Source: an uncultured Clostridia bacterium (lineage in GTDB: Bacteria > Acidobacteriota > Blastocatellia > UBA7656). Taken from it: DNA of 64,000 bases. A model generated the notes under the pieces. It had not been told where the DNA came from, did not search any database, and was given only the letters and a program-made list of their open reading frames with translations. The stretch covers positions 56,123-120,122 of the forward strand of contig CAZTUB010000005.1 of assembly GCA_964615905.1 (NCBI GenBank), given 5' to 3'. Position 1 is the first letter of the stretch. The number at the start of each line of letters is the position of its first letter. The translations under genes and the position numbers were made by a program. This document shows, piece after piece, positions 29,019 to 38,253 of the stretch.

Positions 29019-29876
29019 ATGGACATAAGACTGCGTGCAGGCACGCCCGGCGACTCTGAAAGGTGCGGCCTGATCTGTTACGAAGCATTCAAGGTTATTT
29101 CGGAACAGCACAACTTCCCGCGCGATTTCCCAACCCCTGAAGTCGCCGCCGAGTTGCTGTTTCAACTCTTCTCGCGCGACGACATCTACTCCGTCGTTGC
29201 GGAAGCTGACGGGCAACCCGTCGGCAGTAACTTTCTCTGGGAGAACGGCGTCATCGCGGGGGTCGGTCCCATCACTATTGACCCGACTATTCAGAATGTC
29301 GCCGTCGGGCGGCGATTGATGGAAGACGTGATGCGGCGCGCGCAGGACAGGGGGTTCGCTGGCGTGAGGTTAGTGCAGGCCGCTTATCATAACCGCTCAT
29401 TATCTCTATACACCAAGCTCGGCTTTTACACGCGCGAGCCGCTTTCAACTCTTCAAGGCCCGGCTATAGGGCTTGAGACGCCCGGCCACCCCGTCCGCCC
29501 GGCAACCGAGGCCGACCTGGACGGCTGCAACAGGTTATGCTTCAAGGTCCACGGCCACGACAGAGGGCCGGACCTGCTGGACGCTATAAAGCAAGGGACG
29601 GCAACCGTGGTCGAGCGCGGCGGGCGCATCACAGGTTACGCTACTCTTGTGGGGTTCTTCGGGCACGCCGTCGCAGAGAGCAACGACGATATGAAGGCGC
29701 TCATCGGCGCGGCGACGGAATTTCCTGGGCCGGGGCTCTTGCTGCCGACCCGCAATAGCGACCTGCTCCGCTGGTGTCTGGAGCGCGGGCTGCGCATAGT
29801 TCAGCCCATGACTTTGATGAGCACAGGTTTGTACAACGAGCCTGCCGGTCCATTCCTGCCTTCGGTCGTCTATTAA
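29019..29876 (+). CDS. GNAT family N-acetyltransferase (two-lobed, 285 aa)
   Basis: N-lobe with VAVGRRLMEDVMRRAQDRGFAGVRL...LY.KLGF, the GNAT motif A/B pattern. A second GNAT-like lobe is C-terminal. Confidence 0.6.
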   Translation: MDIRLRAGTPGDSERCGLICYEAFKVISEQHNFPRDFPTPEVAAELLFQLFSRDDIYSVVAEADGQPVGSNFLWENGVIAGVGPITIDPTIQNVAVGRRLMEDVMRRAQDRGFAGVRLVQAAYHNRSLSLYTKLGFYTREPLSTLQGPAIGLETPGHPVRPATEADLDGCNRLCFKVHGHDRGPDLLDAIKQGTATVVERGGRITGYATLVGFFGHAVAESNDDMKALIGAATEFPGPGLLLPTRNSDLLRWCLERGLRIVQPMTLMSTGLYNEPAGPFLPSVVY

Positions 29877-29887
29877 GATGTAGTGTT

Positions 29888-32620
29888 ATGAGATCACCAG
29901 CGATCATGCGGCTTTCTATCGCTTTGCTCCTGACGGCGGCGGCTTCAACCTCTATCGCTCAAGCCCCTAACTCAATAGCGCCCGGCGCGCCCGGTGCCAG
30001 GCCTGCGTGGACCAACGGCAACAAGCAAGGCGTCGGCACTTCAAACACACTCGAATCGAAGGTCTGGTTCACTCTCGGCGAAGGCGTGCTTCAGGAGACC
30101 TATTACCCGACCGTTGACAAAGCCAACACGCGCAGCCTCGAATTTATCGTCACAGACAACCGCAGCTTTGCCGAGCTTGAAAGCCGCGATACGACGCACG
30201 AGATCGAAGTCGTAGCCAGTGATTCGCTGGCTTTCCGACAGATCAATACCTCGAAGTCAGGCCGCTATCGCTTGACCAAGACTTACATAACCGACCCCGT
30301 ACGTGACACAGTTCTTATAAACGTCGACTTCGTGCCGCTCAAAGGGGAAGGGCTGCGGCTTTACCTGCTCTACGACCCGGCGATTAACAACAGCGGCTTT
30401 CACGACACCGGCTACTCGGAAAACGGCGCGCTTATCGCGGCTGACGCTCGCGTTGCTTCCGCGCTTATATCGAGCACCGGCTTTGCACGCGCGTCGAGCG
30501 GCTACATGGGAGCGAGCGACGGCTGGGTTGACTTGAAAGATGATTTCAAACTCGATCAGGCGTACCGGCGAGCCGTCGATGGAAACGTTGTGCAGACGGC
30601 GGAGCTGCCCGCCGCCGCTCGGTCGTTTACGCTCGCGCTTGGGTTTGGCACAGAGGGCGCGGCTGCGCTTGCTGCGGCCCAGATGTCGCTCAAGCAAGGC
30701 TTTGCCCGGAAGATGGATCATTACAACACCGGCTGGCGAAATTATCTCGCCACGCTCAAGACCGTGGAAGCGAAATACCGCGACCAGTACCTTATGGCCG
30801 CGATGATGCTGAAGGCGCACGAAGACAAGACGTATCGCGGCGCGGGCGTCGCTTCGCTGACAGTGCCGTGGGGCGACGCGGCCGACGCGAGCGAGCCGAA
30901 CGTCGGCGGGTACCACAACGTCTGGTCGCGCGACCTCTATCAAGTCGCCACAGCGTTTTATGCTATGGGCGACAAAGAGGCCGCCGACCGCGCGCTCGAT
31001 TACCTGTTCAAAGTTCAGCAAAAACCGGACGGCTCGTTCCCGCAGAATTCATGGCTGGACGGACGGCCCTTCTGGAACTCTGTGCAGATGGATGAAGTGG
31101 CCTACCCGCTCATACTCGCTCACGAGCTTGGGCGCACTGACGCCGAGACTTTCGAGAAACACATAAAGCGCGCGGCGAACTATCTAGTCAAACACGGCCC
31201 GGCTACGCCTCAAGAGAGATGGGAAGAAGAGAGCGGCTATTCGCCTTCGACCATAGCGGCCGAGATCGCCGGGCTTATCTGTGCGGCTGAGATCGCTTCA
31301 AAGAACCGCGACGAAGCGTCGTCCGTTTTGTGGCGCGCGGCGGCTGATGATTGGGCACGCAAGGTGGAATCGTGGACCGTCACAACCGGCGGCCCGCACG
31401 GCGGGCGCTACTTTTTGCGCGTCTCTCAAACGGGAGAGCCAGACTCAGGCCAACCCCTTGAGATCAACAACGGCGGCGGGAGCTTTGACGAGCGCGAGAT
31501 CGTTGACGCAGGATTTTTAGAGCTTGTCCGGCTTGGGATTCGTCCGGCCGACGATCCGCTTATCAAACGCTCGCTTGAGGTCGTCGATCAAAAGATCAAA
31601 GTGGAGACGCCCAACGGCGCTGCGTGGTACAGGTACAACCACGACGGCTACGGAGAAAAGCCGGACGGACGCGGCTATGACGGCACGGGCAAGGGGCGGT
31701 TATGGGTGCTGCTCACGGGCGAGCGCGGCGAGTACGCGCTCCAAGCTGGTCTGGACGCTCGCCCTTATCTTGACGCCATGCTTCGCATGGCAACAAAAGC
31801 TCGCATGCTTCCCGAACAGGTGTGGGACCGCGCCGAAAGCCCCCTGCCTCACCTGAAATTCGGCCAGGGGACGGGCTCGGCTACACCGCTCGCCTGGACC
31901 AACGCGCAGTTCATAAGGCTCGCACTCGCGATTCGAGAAGGCCGCCCCCAGGCCATGCCCGCCCCTGTCGCAGCACGTTATCTAGGGCAGGGCGCGCGGC
32001 TATCGACGACCGCGCGCGCATCGCTCACGCGGCCGCCTGAGATCACCGCTGTCAAGCCCGGCCAGCAGATCGAGATAGCCGGTTTCACTGAAGGCACGCA
32101 GGCCGTCTTATTCACGGGCGGGGAAGTTAAGGAGATCAAACCCGGACCTTTCAGACTGCCTGTCACTGTCACTGAAGACGAAACGCGCGTGGTGGTCGCC
32201 GCAACCGGCGCAGACGGCACGACTGCGATTGACTCGATCACGGTCAGACAGTCTCGCCCCGCCTCGGAAGACGCGCCGCCCGATTGGAGCGACCGCAGGC
32301 TCGGCGACCAGTTGATGAACGGGCTCTCTCCAAAGATCACAGGCTCGTGGGTAACGTTCATCTACAGGGGCGACGCGAAATCGGTCGAGGTCGTGGGCGA
32401 GATGACCGGCTGGAAGAGGCGCGGGTTAGTGATGAGGCCGCTCGCGGGCACGAACGTCAAATACCTCTCGCTCAAGTTTCCTGAAGACGCGCGCATCGAA
32501 TACAAGTACGTGGTCGATGAGAAATGGGTGCTTGACGAGCTTAACCCGAACAGGATCGATAAACGCGTCGGCGGTGAAAACAACTTCTTCCAGATGCCGG
32601 GCTACAGGCAACGGGACTGA
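29888..32620 (+). CDS. GH15 glucoamylase/glucodextranase-type enzyme with C-terminal AMPK-beta/CBM48-like glycogen-binding domain, secreted
   Basis: Signal peptide from ATG 29888. (alpha/alpha)6 GH15 blocks (YHNVWSRDLYQVATAF, TPQERWEEESGYSPST, GSFDEREIVDAGFLELV). C-terminal WVTFIYRGDAKSVEVVGEMTGWK...KYVVDEKWVLDELNP resembles the AMPK-beta GBD/CBM48. The longer upstream extension in the ORF track overlaps the preceding GNAT gene and is rejected. Confidence 0.8.
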   Translation: MRSPAIMRLSIALLLTAAASTSIAQAPNSIAPGAPGARPAWTNGNKQGVGTSNTLESKVWFTLGEGVLQETYYPTVDKANTRSLEFIVTDNRSFAELESRDTTHEIEVVASDSLAFRQINTSKSGRYRLTKTYITDPVRDTVLINVDFVPLKGEGLRLYLLYDPAINNSGFHDTGYSENGALIAADARVASALISSTGFARASSGYMGASDGWVDLKDDFKLDQAYRRAVDGNVVQTAELPAAARSFTLALGFGTEGAAALAAAQMSLKQGFARKMDHYNTGWRNYLATLKTVEAKYRDQYLMAAMMLKAHEDKTYRGAGVASLTVPWGDAADASEPNVGGYHNVWSRDLYQVATAFYAMGDKEAADRALDYLFKVQQKPDGSFPQNSWLDGRPFWNSVQMDEVAYPLILAHELGRTDAETFEKHIKRAANYLVKHGPATPQERWEEESGYSPSTIAAEIAGLICAAEIASKNRDEASSVLWRAAADDWARKVESWTVTTGGPHGGRYFLRVSQTGEPDSGQPLEINNGGGSFDEREIVDAGFLELVRLGIRPADDPLIKRSLEVVDQKIKVETPNGAAWYRYNHDGYGEKPDGRGYDGTGKGRLWVLLTGERGEYALQAGLDARPYLDAMLRMATKARMLPEQVWDRAESPLPHLKFGQGTGSATPLAWTNAQFIRLALAIREGRPQAMPAPVAARYLGQGARLSTTARASLTRPPEITAVKPGQQIEIAGFTEGTQAVLFTGGEVKEIKPGPFRLPVTVTEDETRVVVAATGADGTTAIDSITVRQSRPASEDAPPDWSDRRLGDQLMNGLSPKITGSWVTFIYRGDAKSVEVVGEMTGWKRRGLVMRPLAGTNVKYLSLKFPEDARIEYKYVVDEKWVLDELNPNRIDKRVGGENNFFQMPGYRQRD

Positions 32621-32704
32621 CTGGCAAGTCCAGCCAGGTAATTTCTATCATCGGCTTCCGGCGCGGGTTCCGGCTGATTACAATAGAGCAGGAGGAAAAT
32701 CATA

Positions 32705-32986
32705 ATGAAAGCAATTTGGAACGGCGCTGTGCTGGCCGATAGCGATGACACAGTGGTCGTGGAAGGGAATCAGTACTTCCCGCCCGACTCGATAAACCGC
32801 GAATACTTTCGCGAGAGCGGTACTCACACGACCTGCCCGTGGAAAGGCGAGGCGAGCTACTACGACGTTGTGGTCAACGGCGAGTCGAACAAGGATGCGG
32901 CGTGGTATTACCCCGCGCCAAAGGACGCGGCTAAAGAGATAAAAGATCACGTTGCGTTCTGGCGGGGCGTGCGGGTAGAGCAATGA
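32705..32986 (+). CDS. DUF427 domain protein
   Basis: RBS GGAGG. Sequence VVVEGNQYFPPDSINREYFRESGTHTTCPWKGEASYYDV matches the DUF427 (PF04248) conserved core. Confidence 0.75.
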   Translation: MKAIWNGAVLADSDDTVVVEGNQYFPPDSINREYFRESGTHTTCPWKGEASYYDVVVNGESNKDAAWYYPAPKDAAKEIKDHVAFWRGVRVEQ

Positions 32987-33010
32987 TCGAGTAGCGCTTG
33001 ATTGTAGATC

Positions 33011-33045
33011 GGTCGAGGGCATGAGGTGAGCGTATGCCCTCGACC
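33011..33045. terminator. Bidirectional intrinsic-terminator-like hairpin between the convergent DUF427 and kinase genes
   Basis: Perfect 12-bp stem GGTCGAGGGCAT / ATGCCCTCGACC with an 11-nt loop. No strong U-tract. Confidence 0.5.
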
Positions 33046-33057
33046 GAGACAGGCGTT

Positions 33058-34665
33058 TCAGTTCTTCTTCTTAGCTTCCTTCTTGATAGCGTCGCCGACA
33101 GCATCCTTGATCTTACCGAAGAGGCCTTTCTTCTTCTCCTTCTTCTCTTCTTTCTTCTCTTCTTTCTCAGGCTCTTTGGCTACGACTTTTGGCTCTTCTC
33201 TTGGTTGAGGCTTAGGCGGCGGCGCGGTGACAACGGGTTGTGGTTGAGCGGTAGCCGCTGGCGCGCTGCTCTCCGCAACCTTTTCCGCGCGACCGCCCCG
33301 TGTGCGGCTGGTCTTGCTTGCCTCGGTTGGGGAGGTGTCGGCGGGTGTCGAGCCCGTGTCGAGTTTTGGCGGATTTGTCGGGTCGGTGACCGCCTGCGCC
33401 GGAGCTTGCGACTGCGCGGGCGCAGGGGCGGGCGCGCTTGCCGAGGGCGGCGTAAGGTTTTGAGGCTGCGCGGGCTGACTGCCGCCTCCCATAAAGGCGA
33501 GCGGCACTCCGAGCAGTGCGAGGATTGCCACGCCCGCTCCCGCGTAATGTTTCCAATTCAGCTTGCTCAGAAGAGAAGCCTGCGCGGCCTGACCGGCAAT
33601 GTCATGCGAGGGGGTCCTTATGGTCGGCACGTTTGAAAAATCCATGTAAGGCGCTTGCGCGCCAGTGCCCGCGCCGAGGCGTGTCTCCTTGGGCTGAGCA
33701 TCATTAAAGTGAGCGGGAGCGGACGGCTGGTAATTGCCCCCCGCGCCCGGAGCGAGCCGCGTCTCCTTCAAGCCGCCGGCCGCTGGCGGCTCTCCGAGTC
33801 GTGTCGCGGGCGCTACGTAACCGGGGTGCGCTCGTTCCGCGGGGGTCGCGCCCGCGTTTAGCGCGCCGAGCAGCACCGCGCGAAACTCGCCCGCGCTCTG
33901 AAAGCGTGCGGTCGGTCGTTTTGCTAGCGACCGCATAATGGCTTCTTCGATGACCGGAGGGATCGACGCAGTAAATCTTGTCGGCGGCGGCGGCGCATCC
34001 TCGATCTGTGATTTCATCAGATCGAATTCGCTCGGACTGCTAAACGGCACGCGACCGGTGAGCATCTCGTAGAGCAATATGCCTAGCGAATAGATGTCGG
34101 AACTCGCGCCTGTCTCTTCGCCGCGAACCTGCTCAGGAGACATGTACTCGATGGTGCCGACGATGTTGCCCTGCCGCGTCATTCGCGCGGTCCCAAGCAC
34201 GCGGGCGATTCCAAAGTCCATCACCTTGATGGTCCCTGTCTCGGTCAGCATCATGTTGGCGGGCTTTACGTCCCGGTGAATTATGCCGAGCTTGTGCGCG
34301 TGGTCGATACCTTCGAGCGCCTGGCAGAAGAGCGTGACCGCGCGCTCCCACCCAATCGCGCCGTTTCTTCTTATCACGTCGTCGAGCGTCTGGCCGCGCA
34401 CGAATTCGAGCACCATGAAGAAGTCTTCGCCCTGGCGGAAGAAGCTGTGAAGCGTTGCGATATTGGGATGGTTGAGCTTGGCCAAGGTGACGGCCTCGGA
34501 GCGGAAGCGCTCGACGACCTGGGGCTGGCTGGCAAGCTCAGGCCGCAGCATCTTTATCGCCACCTCGCGTTCGAGCATGAGGTCTACGCCTTTGAATACG
34601 GCCCCCATCCCGCCTTCGCCTATCTTCTCCGTGATCTTATAACTTCCTACTACATTGCCGATCAT
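33058..34665 (-). CDS. Ser/Thr protein kinase with single TM and low-complexity P/A/Q-rich plus K/E-rich C-terminal tail
   Basis: Hanks kinase subdomains (GEGGMGAVFKG, AIKML, HRDVKPAN, DFGIA, SPEQ). TM segment AGAGVAILALLGVPLAF. C-terminal EKEEKKEEKKEKKKGLFGKIKDAVGDAIKKEAKKKN. Confidence 0.9.
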   Translation of the reverse strand: MIGNVVGSYKITEKIGEGGMGAVFKGVDLMLEREVAIKMLRPELASQPQVVERFRSEAVTLAKLNHPNIATLHSFFRQGEDFFMVLEFVRGQTLDDVIRRNGAIGWERAVTLFCQALEGIDHAHKLGIIHRDVKPANMMLTETGTIKVMDFGIARVLGTARMTRQGNIVGTIEYMSPEQVRGEETGASSDIYSLGILLYEMLTGRVPFSSPSEFDLMKSQIEDAPPPPTRFTASIPPVIEEAIMRSLAKRPTARFQSAGEFRAVLLGALNAGATPAERAHPGYVAPATRLGEPPAAGGLKETRLAPGAGGNYQPSAPAHFNDAQPKETRLGAGTGAQAPYMDFSNVPTIRTPSHDIAGQAAQASLLSKLNWKHYAGAGVAILALLGVPLAFMGGGSQPAQPQNLTPPSASAPAPAPAQSQAPAQAVTDPTNPPKLDTGSTPADTSPTEASKTSRTRGGRAEKVAESSAPAATAQPQPVVTAPPPKPQPREEPKVVAKEPEKEEKKEEKKEKKKGLFGKIKDAVGDAIKKEAKKKN

Positions 34666-34701
34666 ATTTTATCCTCCTACTCGCGCGCGGCGATTTATAC
34701 C

Positions 34702-35838
34702 CTAGTTGTAACTCTGGATCAAACTGATTATTAGGTTCGATTCCGCCTTCTTGCGTGTCGCGGGCGCGAAGTTATAAGTCTTTGACTTGTCCTTCGCCTT
34801 CTGTTGCTCCGGTTCTCTAAAGACCTTCAGATGAAAAGCGCCAAGCTCTGAGCCGACAAACCCGTTCAGCTTCGCCTCTTTTATCTTCGTATCTTCCGCT
34901 TCAAAAGTATGGTTGCCGTCTTTTGCCTTGAATGTCACGGCAGCCTTTGTGACAAAGAGCGAGCCCTCGCAGTAAGTCTTAAAGAAGCCGTCGTGATCGT
35001 GATAAACATAAAAGACCGCGGACCCGCCGCGATCAAGCGCGGCGCGCATGGACTGTTCGGCCGAAAAGATATCTTGATTGCCGTACAACTGCGCAAACCC
35101 CATCAATTGATACGCAGTCGGTCTTGCCGAGTCCATCCTGACCGCTTCTTGAAGCAGACGAATGGCGCGATGAGAGTCGCTTGCCTGCATCGCGGCGACC
35201 GACTGGTCTGTCAGATCATCATAATCGGGAGTGTTGGCCGAGGCAACTCTCGACGCAGAGCTTGACGGTGCGGTCGTAGCTTTTTCCGAGATCGCGCCGA
35301 GGAGCGAGCGGTTGCCGCCAGCGGCGGTGATCTCGCGTGCGATCTCAGGCGTCATAGAAAAACTGACGCCTCGCACTTCGACAAACTGCTCGACGCGCGC
35401 GACGGGGACGCCGCTTTGCAAGAGCGTGATGACCTCGTTCTTTCCGAGCGGCGGCCCGGCGGGCACTGCCGCCGAATTCCGCCCCGCGCTGTTCGAGCTG
35501 GCCGGGCGCGACGAGGTTGAAACCGGCGTCGCCGGGCGGTAATTGGCATGGATGGCAGCTATAAGCTCCGGCCGCGCGCCTGCTTGCTGGAACTCGGATT
35601 CGATTGAAGGGGTCATTTGAAAATCGACCCCGCGCTGCTCGATGGCCTGGACGACCTCCTGCGTGGACAGAGCGTTCAGGCGCACAACTTTCAAAAGCCG
35701 CTCCTTGTCATAAGGATTTTTCCGCGCCTGCATCTCGGCTGTTGCGAAACCGAATGAAGCGACTAATATCGCGGTCGCAAGGAATGTGACCGCGCGGGCG
35801 AGCCGGGCTTTTTTGTGGTCTTCAAACTCTCTTTTCAT
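34702..35838 (-). CDS. Hypothetical membrane-anchored (periplasm-facing) protein with two tandem ~55-aa repeats and a C-terminal unknown domain
   Basis: RBS GGAGA. N-terminal anchor AVTFLATAILVASFGFATA. Repeats LNALSTQEVVQAIEQRGVDFQMTPSIESEFQQAGARPELIAAI and LLQSGVPVARVEQFVEVRGVSFSMTPEIAREITAAGGNRSLLGAI. Located between two kinase genes on the same strand. Confidence 0.55.
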   Translation of the reverse strand: MKREFEDHKKARLARAVTFLATAILVASFGFATAEMQARKNPYDKERLLKVVRLNALSTQEVVQAIEQRGVDFQMTPSIESEFQQAGARPELIAAIHANYRPATPVSTSSRPASSNSAGRNSAAVPAGPPLGKNEVITLLQSGVPVARVEQFVEVRGVSFSMTPEIAREITAAGGNRSLLGAISEKATTAPSSSASRVASANTPDYDDLTDQSVAAMQASDSHRAIRLLQEAVRMDSARPTAYQLMGFAQLYGNQDIFSAEQSMRAALDRGGSAVFYVYHDHDGFFKTYCEGSLFVTKAAVTFKAKDGNHTFEAEDTKIKEAKLNGFVGSELGAFHLKVFREPEQQKAKDKSKTYNFAPATRKKAESNLIISLIQSYN

Positions 35839-35866
35839 GAACGAATCTCCTGCCCCTGCTGACGAA

Positions 35867-37300
35867 TTACTGATCGAGCAGCCTCCTTGCCTCTTCGCGT
35901 TTTCGCGCTCGCTCGCGCGCCGCAGTGTCTGTTTCCTTGCGCGTAACCTTAGGCTGCTGCTTTGGCTGGTTTACGGCCTCGCGCGGACGGGCGATGTTGT
36001 CGGAAGGTACGTTGACCGCCTCGGCCGGTTGCACCTTGGTCTGGCCCGGAAGCGGCTCGGCCACGGGCGCGGGTGGGGCGGGCGTATCCGCCTGTTTTTG
36101 CGCGGGCGCTGCGGCAGCCGGTTGTATAATTGTGGCTGGCGCATCGACGGCTTCGCCTTTCTTTCCCCCCACAAGCGCGAACCCAAGCCCGATGACCGCG
36201 ACCAGAACGACCGCCGCCGCCGCATAATGCATCCAGTTGAGCTTTGATAAAGGCGAGCCTTGCGCGGACGGCTGAGCGTTGCCGTATTGAGCCGCGTTGT
36301 AATAAGCCGGGGCTGGCTGAGCGCCCGCAACGGAGCCGAGCCGCGTGGCAGGCGCTTCGTCCTGAGCGTTTGCGGCTCCGAGCCTCGTCTCTTTTAGCGC
36401 CGCAGGGTTTGTTGAAACGCCTTGGCCGAGCCTTGTCGGCGGAACGGCCGGGCGTCTCTCTTCAAACTGTTTGTCGACGGGGCTCGTGGCAAGGCTTTTT
36501 TGAAGCGCATCGCGAAACTCGCTCGCGGTCTGAAACCGCGCGGCAGGGTTCTTTGCGAGCGCGCGCATTATAGCGTCTTCGACCGCTTCGGGTATCTGCG
36601 GCGCGAACGATCTTGGCGGCGGCGGCGCTTCTTGAATCTGCGCCATCATCAAGCCGAACTCCGTGTCGCTCGCAAACGGCACGCGGCCCGTCACCATCTC
36701 GTAAAGCAGAATACCGGCCGAGTATATGTCTGACCTCGCATCGGACTCGTTCCCTTGGATCGCCTCGGGAGACATGTACTCGATGGTGCCGACGATATTG
36801 CCCTGCCGCGTCATCCGCGCGGAGCCGAGCATACGCGCGATGCCGAAATCCATCACCTTGATCGAGCCGTCCTCGCGCATCAACATTATGTTGGCGGGCT
36901 TGATGTCGCGATGGACGATGCCGAGCTTGTGGGCGCGGCCTATGCCTTCGAGCGCCTGGCAGAAGAGCGAGATCGCGTGGCCGCATTCCATAGCGCCGGT
37001 TCTGCGGACGAGGCTGTCGAGCGTCTCGCCCTCGACATACTCCATCACCATAAAGAAGTCTTCGCCCTGTCTTATAAAGCTGTAGAGAGTGGCGATGTTA
37101 GGGTGGTTGAGCTTGGCCAAGGTGACGGCCTCGGAGCGGAAGCGCTCGACGACCTGGGGCTGGCTGGCAAGCTCAGGCCGCAGCATCTTTATCGCCACCT
37201 CGCGTTCGAGCATGAGGTCTACGCCTTTGAATACGGCCCCCATCCCGCCTTCGCCTATCTTCTCCGTGATCTTATAACTTCCTACTACATTGCCGATCAT
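35867..37300 (-). CDS. Ser/Thr protein kinase with single TM and P/A/Q-rich extracytoplasmic tail
   Basis: Hanks kinase motifs. First 65 codons are nucleotide-identical to the kinase at 33058..34665. Its start overlaps the PP2C gene stop (ATGA overlap at 37297-37300). Confidence 0.9.
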   Translation of the reverse strand: MIGNVVGSYKITEKIGEGGMGAVFKGVDLMLEREVAIKMLRPELASQPQVVERFRSEAVTLAKLNHPNIATLYSFIRQGEDFFMVMEYVEGETLDSLVRRTGAMECGHAISLFCQALEGIGRAHKLGIVHRDIKPANIMLMREDGSIKVMDFGIARMLGSARMTRQGNIVGTIEYMSPEAIQGNESDARSDIYSAGILLYEMVTGRVPFASDTEFGLMMAQIQEAPPPPRSFAPQIPEAVEDAIMRALAKNPAARFQTASEFRDALQKSLATSPVDKQFEERRPAVPPTRLGQGVSTNPAALKETRLGAANAQDEAPATRLGSVAGAQPAPAYYNAAQYGNAQPSAQGSPLSKLNWMHYAAAAVVLVAVIGLGFALVGGKKGEAVDAPATIIQPAAAAPAQKQADTPAPPAPVAEPLPGQTKVQPAEAVNVPSDNIARPREAVNQPKQQPKVTRKETDTAARERARKREEARRLLDQ

Positions 37301-38166
37301 CTTAACCCCTCCACTTCACGGGTTTCAGGAACAGGTCGCTCATTTTCGGGCGCGAGGCTCAGGATGCCGACCGTTATGTTGTCGTGGCCGCCTCGCTCTT
37401 TCGCCACATTGACCAGATGCTCGCACGCCCGCTGCGGGTGATAATTCAAGACCGCATCTTTTAGCTCCGCGTCTTCTACGAGGTCGTACAACCCGTCGGA
37501 GCAGAGCAGAAAGCGGTCGCCCGTTTTGACAGGGAAGGGCTCTTCCCACGTAGCCACGTCGATGTCGGACTGCGTGCCCATGGCGCGCAGTATCACATTT
37601 TTGTCCGGGTGATACCGCGCCTGCTCCTGGGTGATCCAGCCGCGCTTGACCATCTCCATAACCGCCGAGTGGTCTTCGGTCATCACGTAAATCTCGCCCT
37701 CGCGCACGAGGTATATGCGGCTGTCGCCGACGTGCGCGGCTATCGCGGAGTTGTTGAGCAGCACGAGCGCCGTGCAGGTCGTCCCCATCCCGCTCAACTC
37801 CTCGTTGTCCTGAGAAGCGTTGTGAATAGCCTTGTTCGCTTCTCGAAATGCCCGCTTCAAAGCCTGTGTGGGGTCGTTGCCGTCCGAATAATAGATGTCG
37901 CTTACAATATCGACCGCCGTCGAGCTTGCCACCTCTCCAGCGGTGTGGCCGCCCATGCCGTCGGCCACGATAAAGAGCACCCCCTTGGTTGCGAGCGTAT
38001 GCGGGTCGTTGGGGTAGACGTATTTGCCTGAGTCTTCGTTTACCTCGCGCACGCAACCGACATCCGTCTTGAGACCCGAAATAATATCATATTCGGGCAA
38101 CAGGCTGCCGGTGGCTGCGTGCTGCCCGTCGTTGCCTGTCTTGTGTCTTTTCAGTAGGTTGAACAT
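37297..38166 (-). CDS. PP2C-family Ser/Thr protein phosphatase (Stp1/PrpC-like)
   Basis: PP2C motifs DGMGGHTAGEVAS, VGDSRIYL, DGLYD, GGHDNITV. Confidence 0.9.
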   Translation of the reverse strand: MFNLLKRHKTGNDGQHAATGSLLPEYDIISGLKTDVGCVREVNEDSGKYVYPNDPHTLATKGVLFIVADGMGGHTAGEVASSTAVDIVSDIYYSDGNDPTQALKRAFREANKAIHNASQDNEELSGMGTTCTALVLLNNSAIAAHVGDSRIYLVREGEIYVMTEDHSAVMEMVKRGWITQEQARYHPDKNVILRAMGTQSDIDVATWEEPFPVKTGDRFLLCSDGLYDLVEDAELKDAVLNYHPQRACEHLVNVAKERGGHDNITVGILSLAPENERPVPETREVEGLR

Positions 38167-38253
38167 AAAATGATGGCTCTCTCTGAGGCTCTCCCCGGTT
38201 TAGTATAAATAGAGAATGAACATACCATGTGCTCGTCAAAAACTGTGCAGCCG

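Noticed and set aside
29774-29887. Upstream extension of the GH15 ORF overlapping the GNAT gene
   Set aside because: The ATG at 29888 yields a signal peptide. The extension overlaps the previous CDS.
33034-33636. 200-aa plus-strand ORF
   Set aside because: Antisense to the low-complexity K/E/P-rich tail of the kinase gene. Repetitive L/F/R composition.
36755-37441. 228-aa plus-strand ORF
   Set aside because: Antisense to the kinase N-terminus and the PP2C C-terminus.
37340-38056. 238-aa minus-strand ORF
   Set aside because: Alternative frame of the PP2C gene. The PP2C frame has all catalytic motifs.
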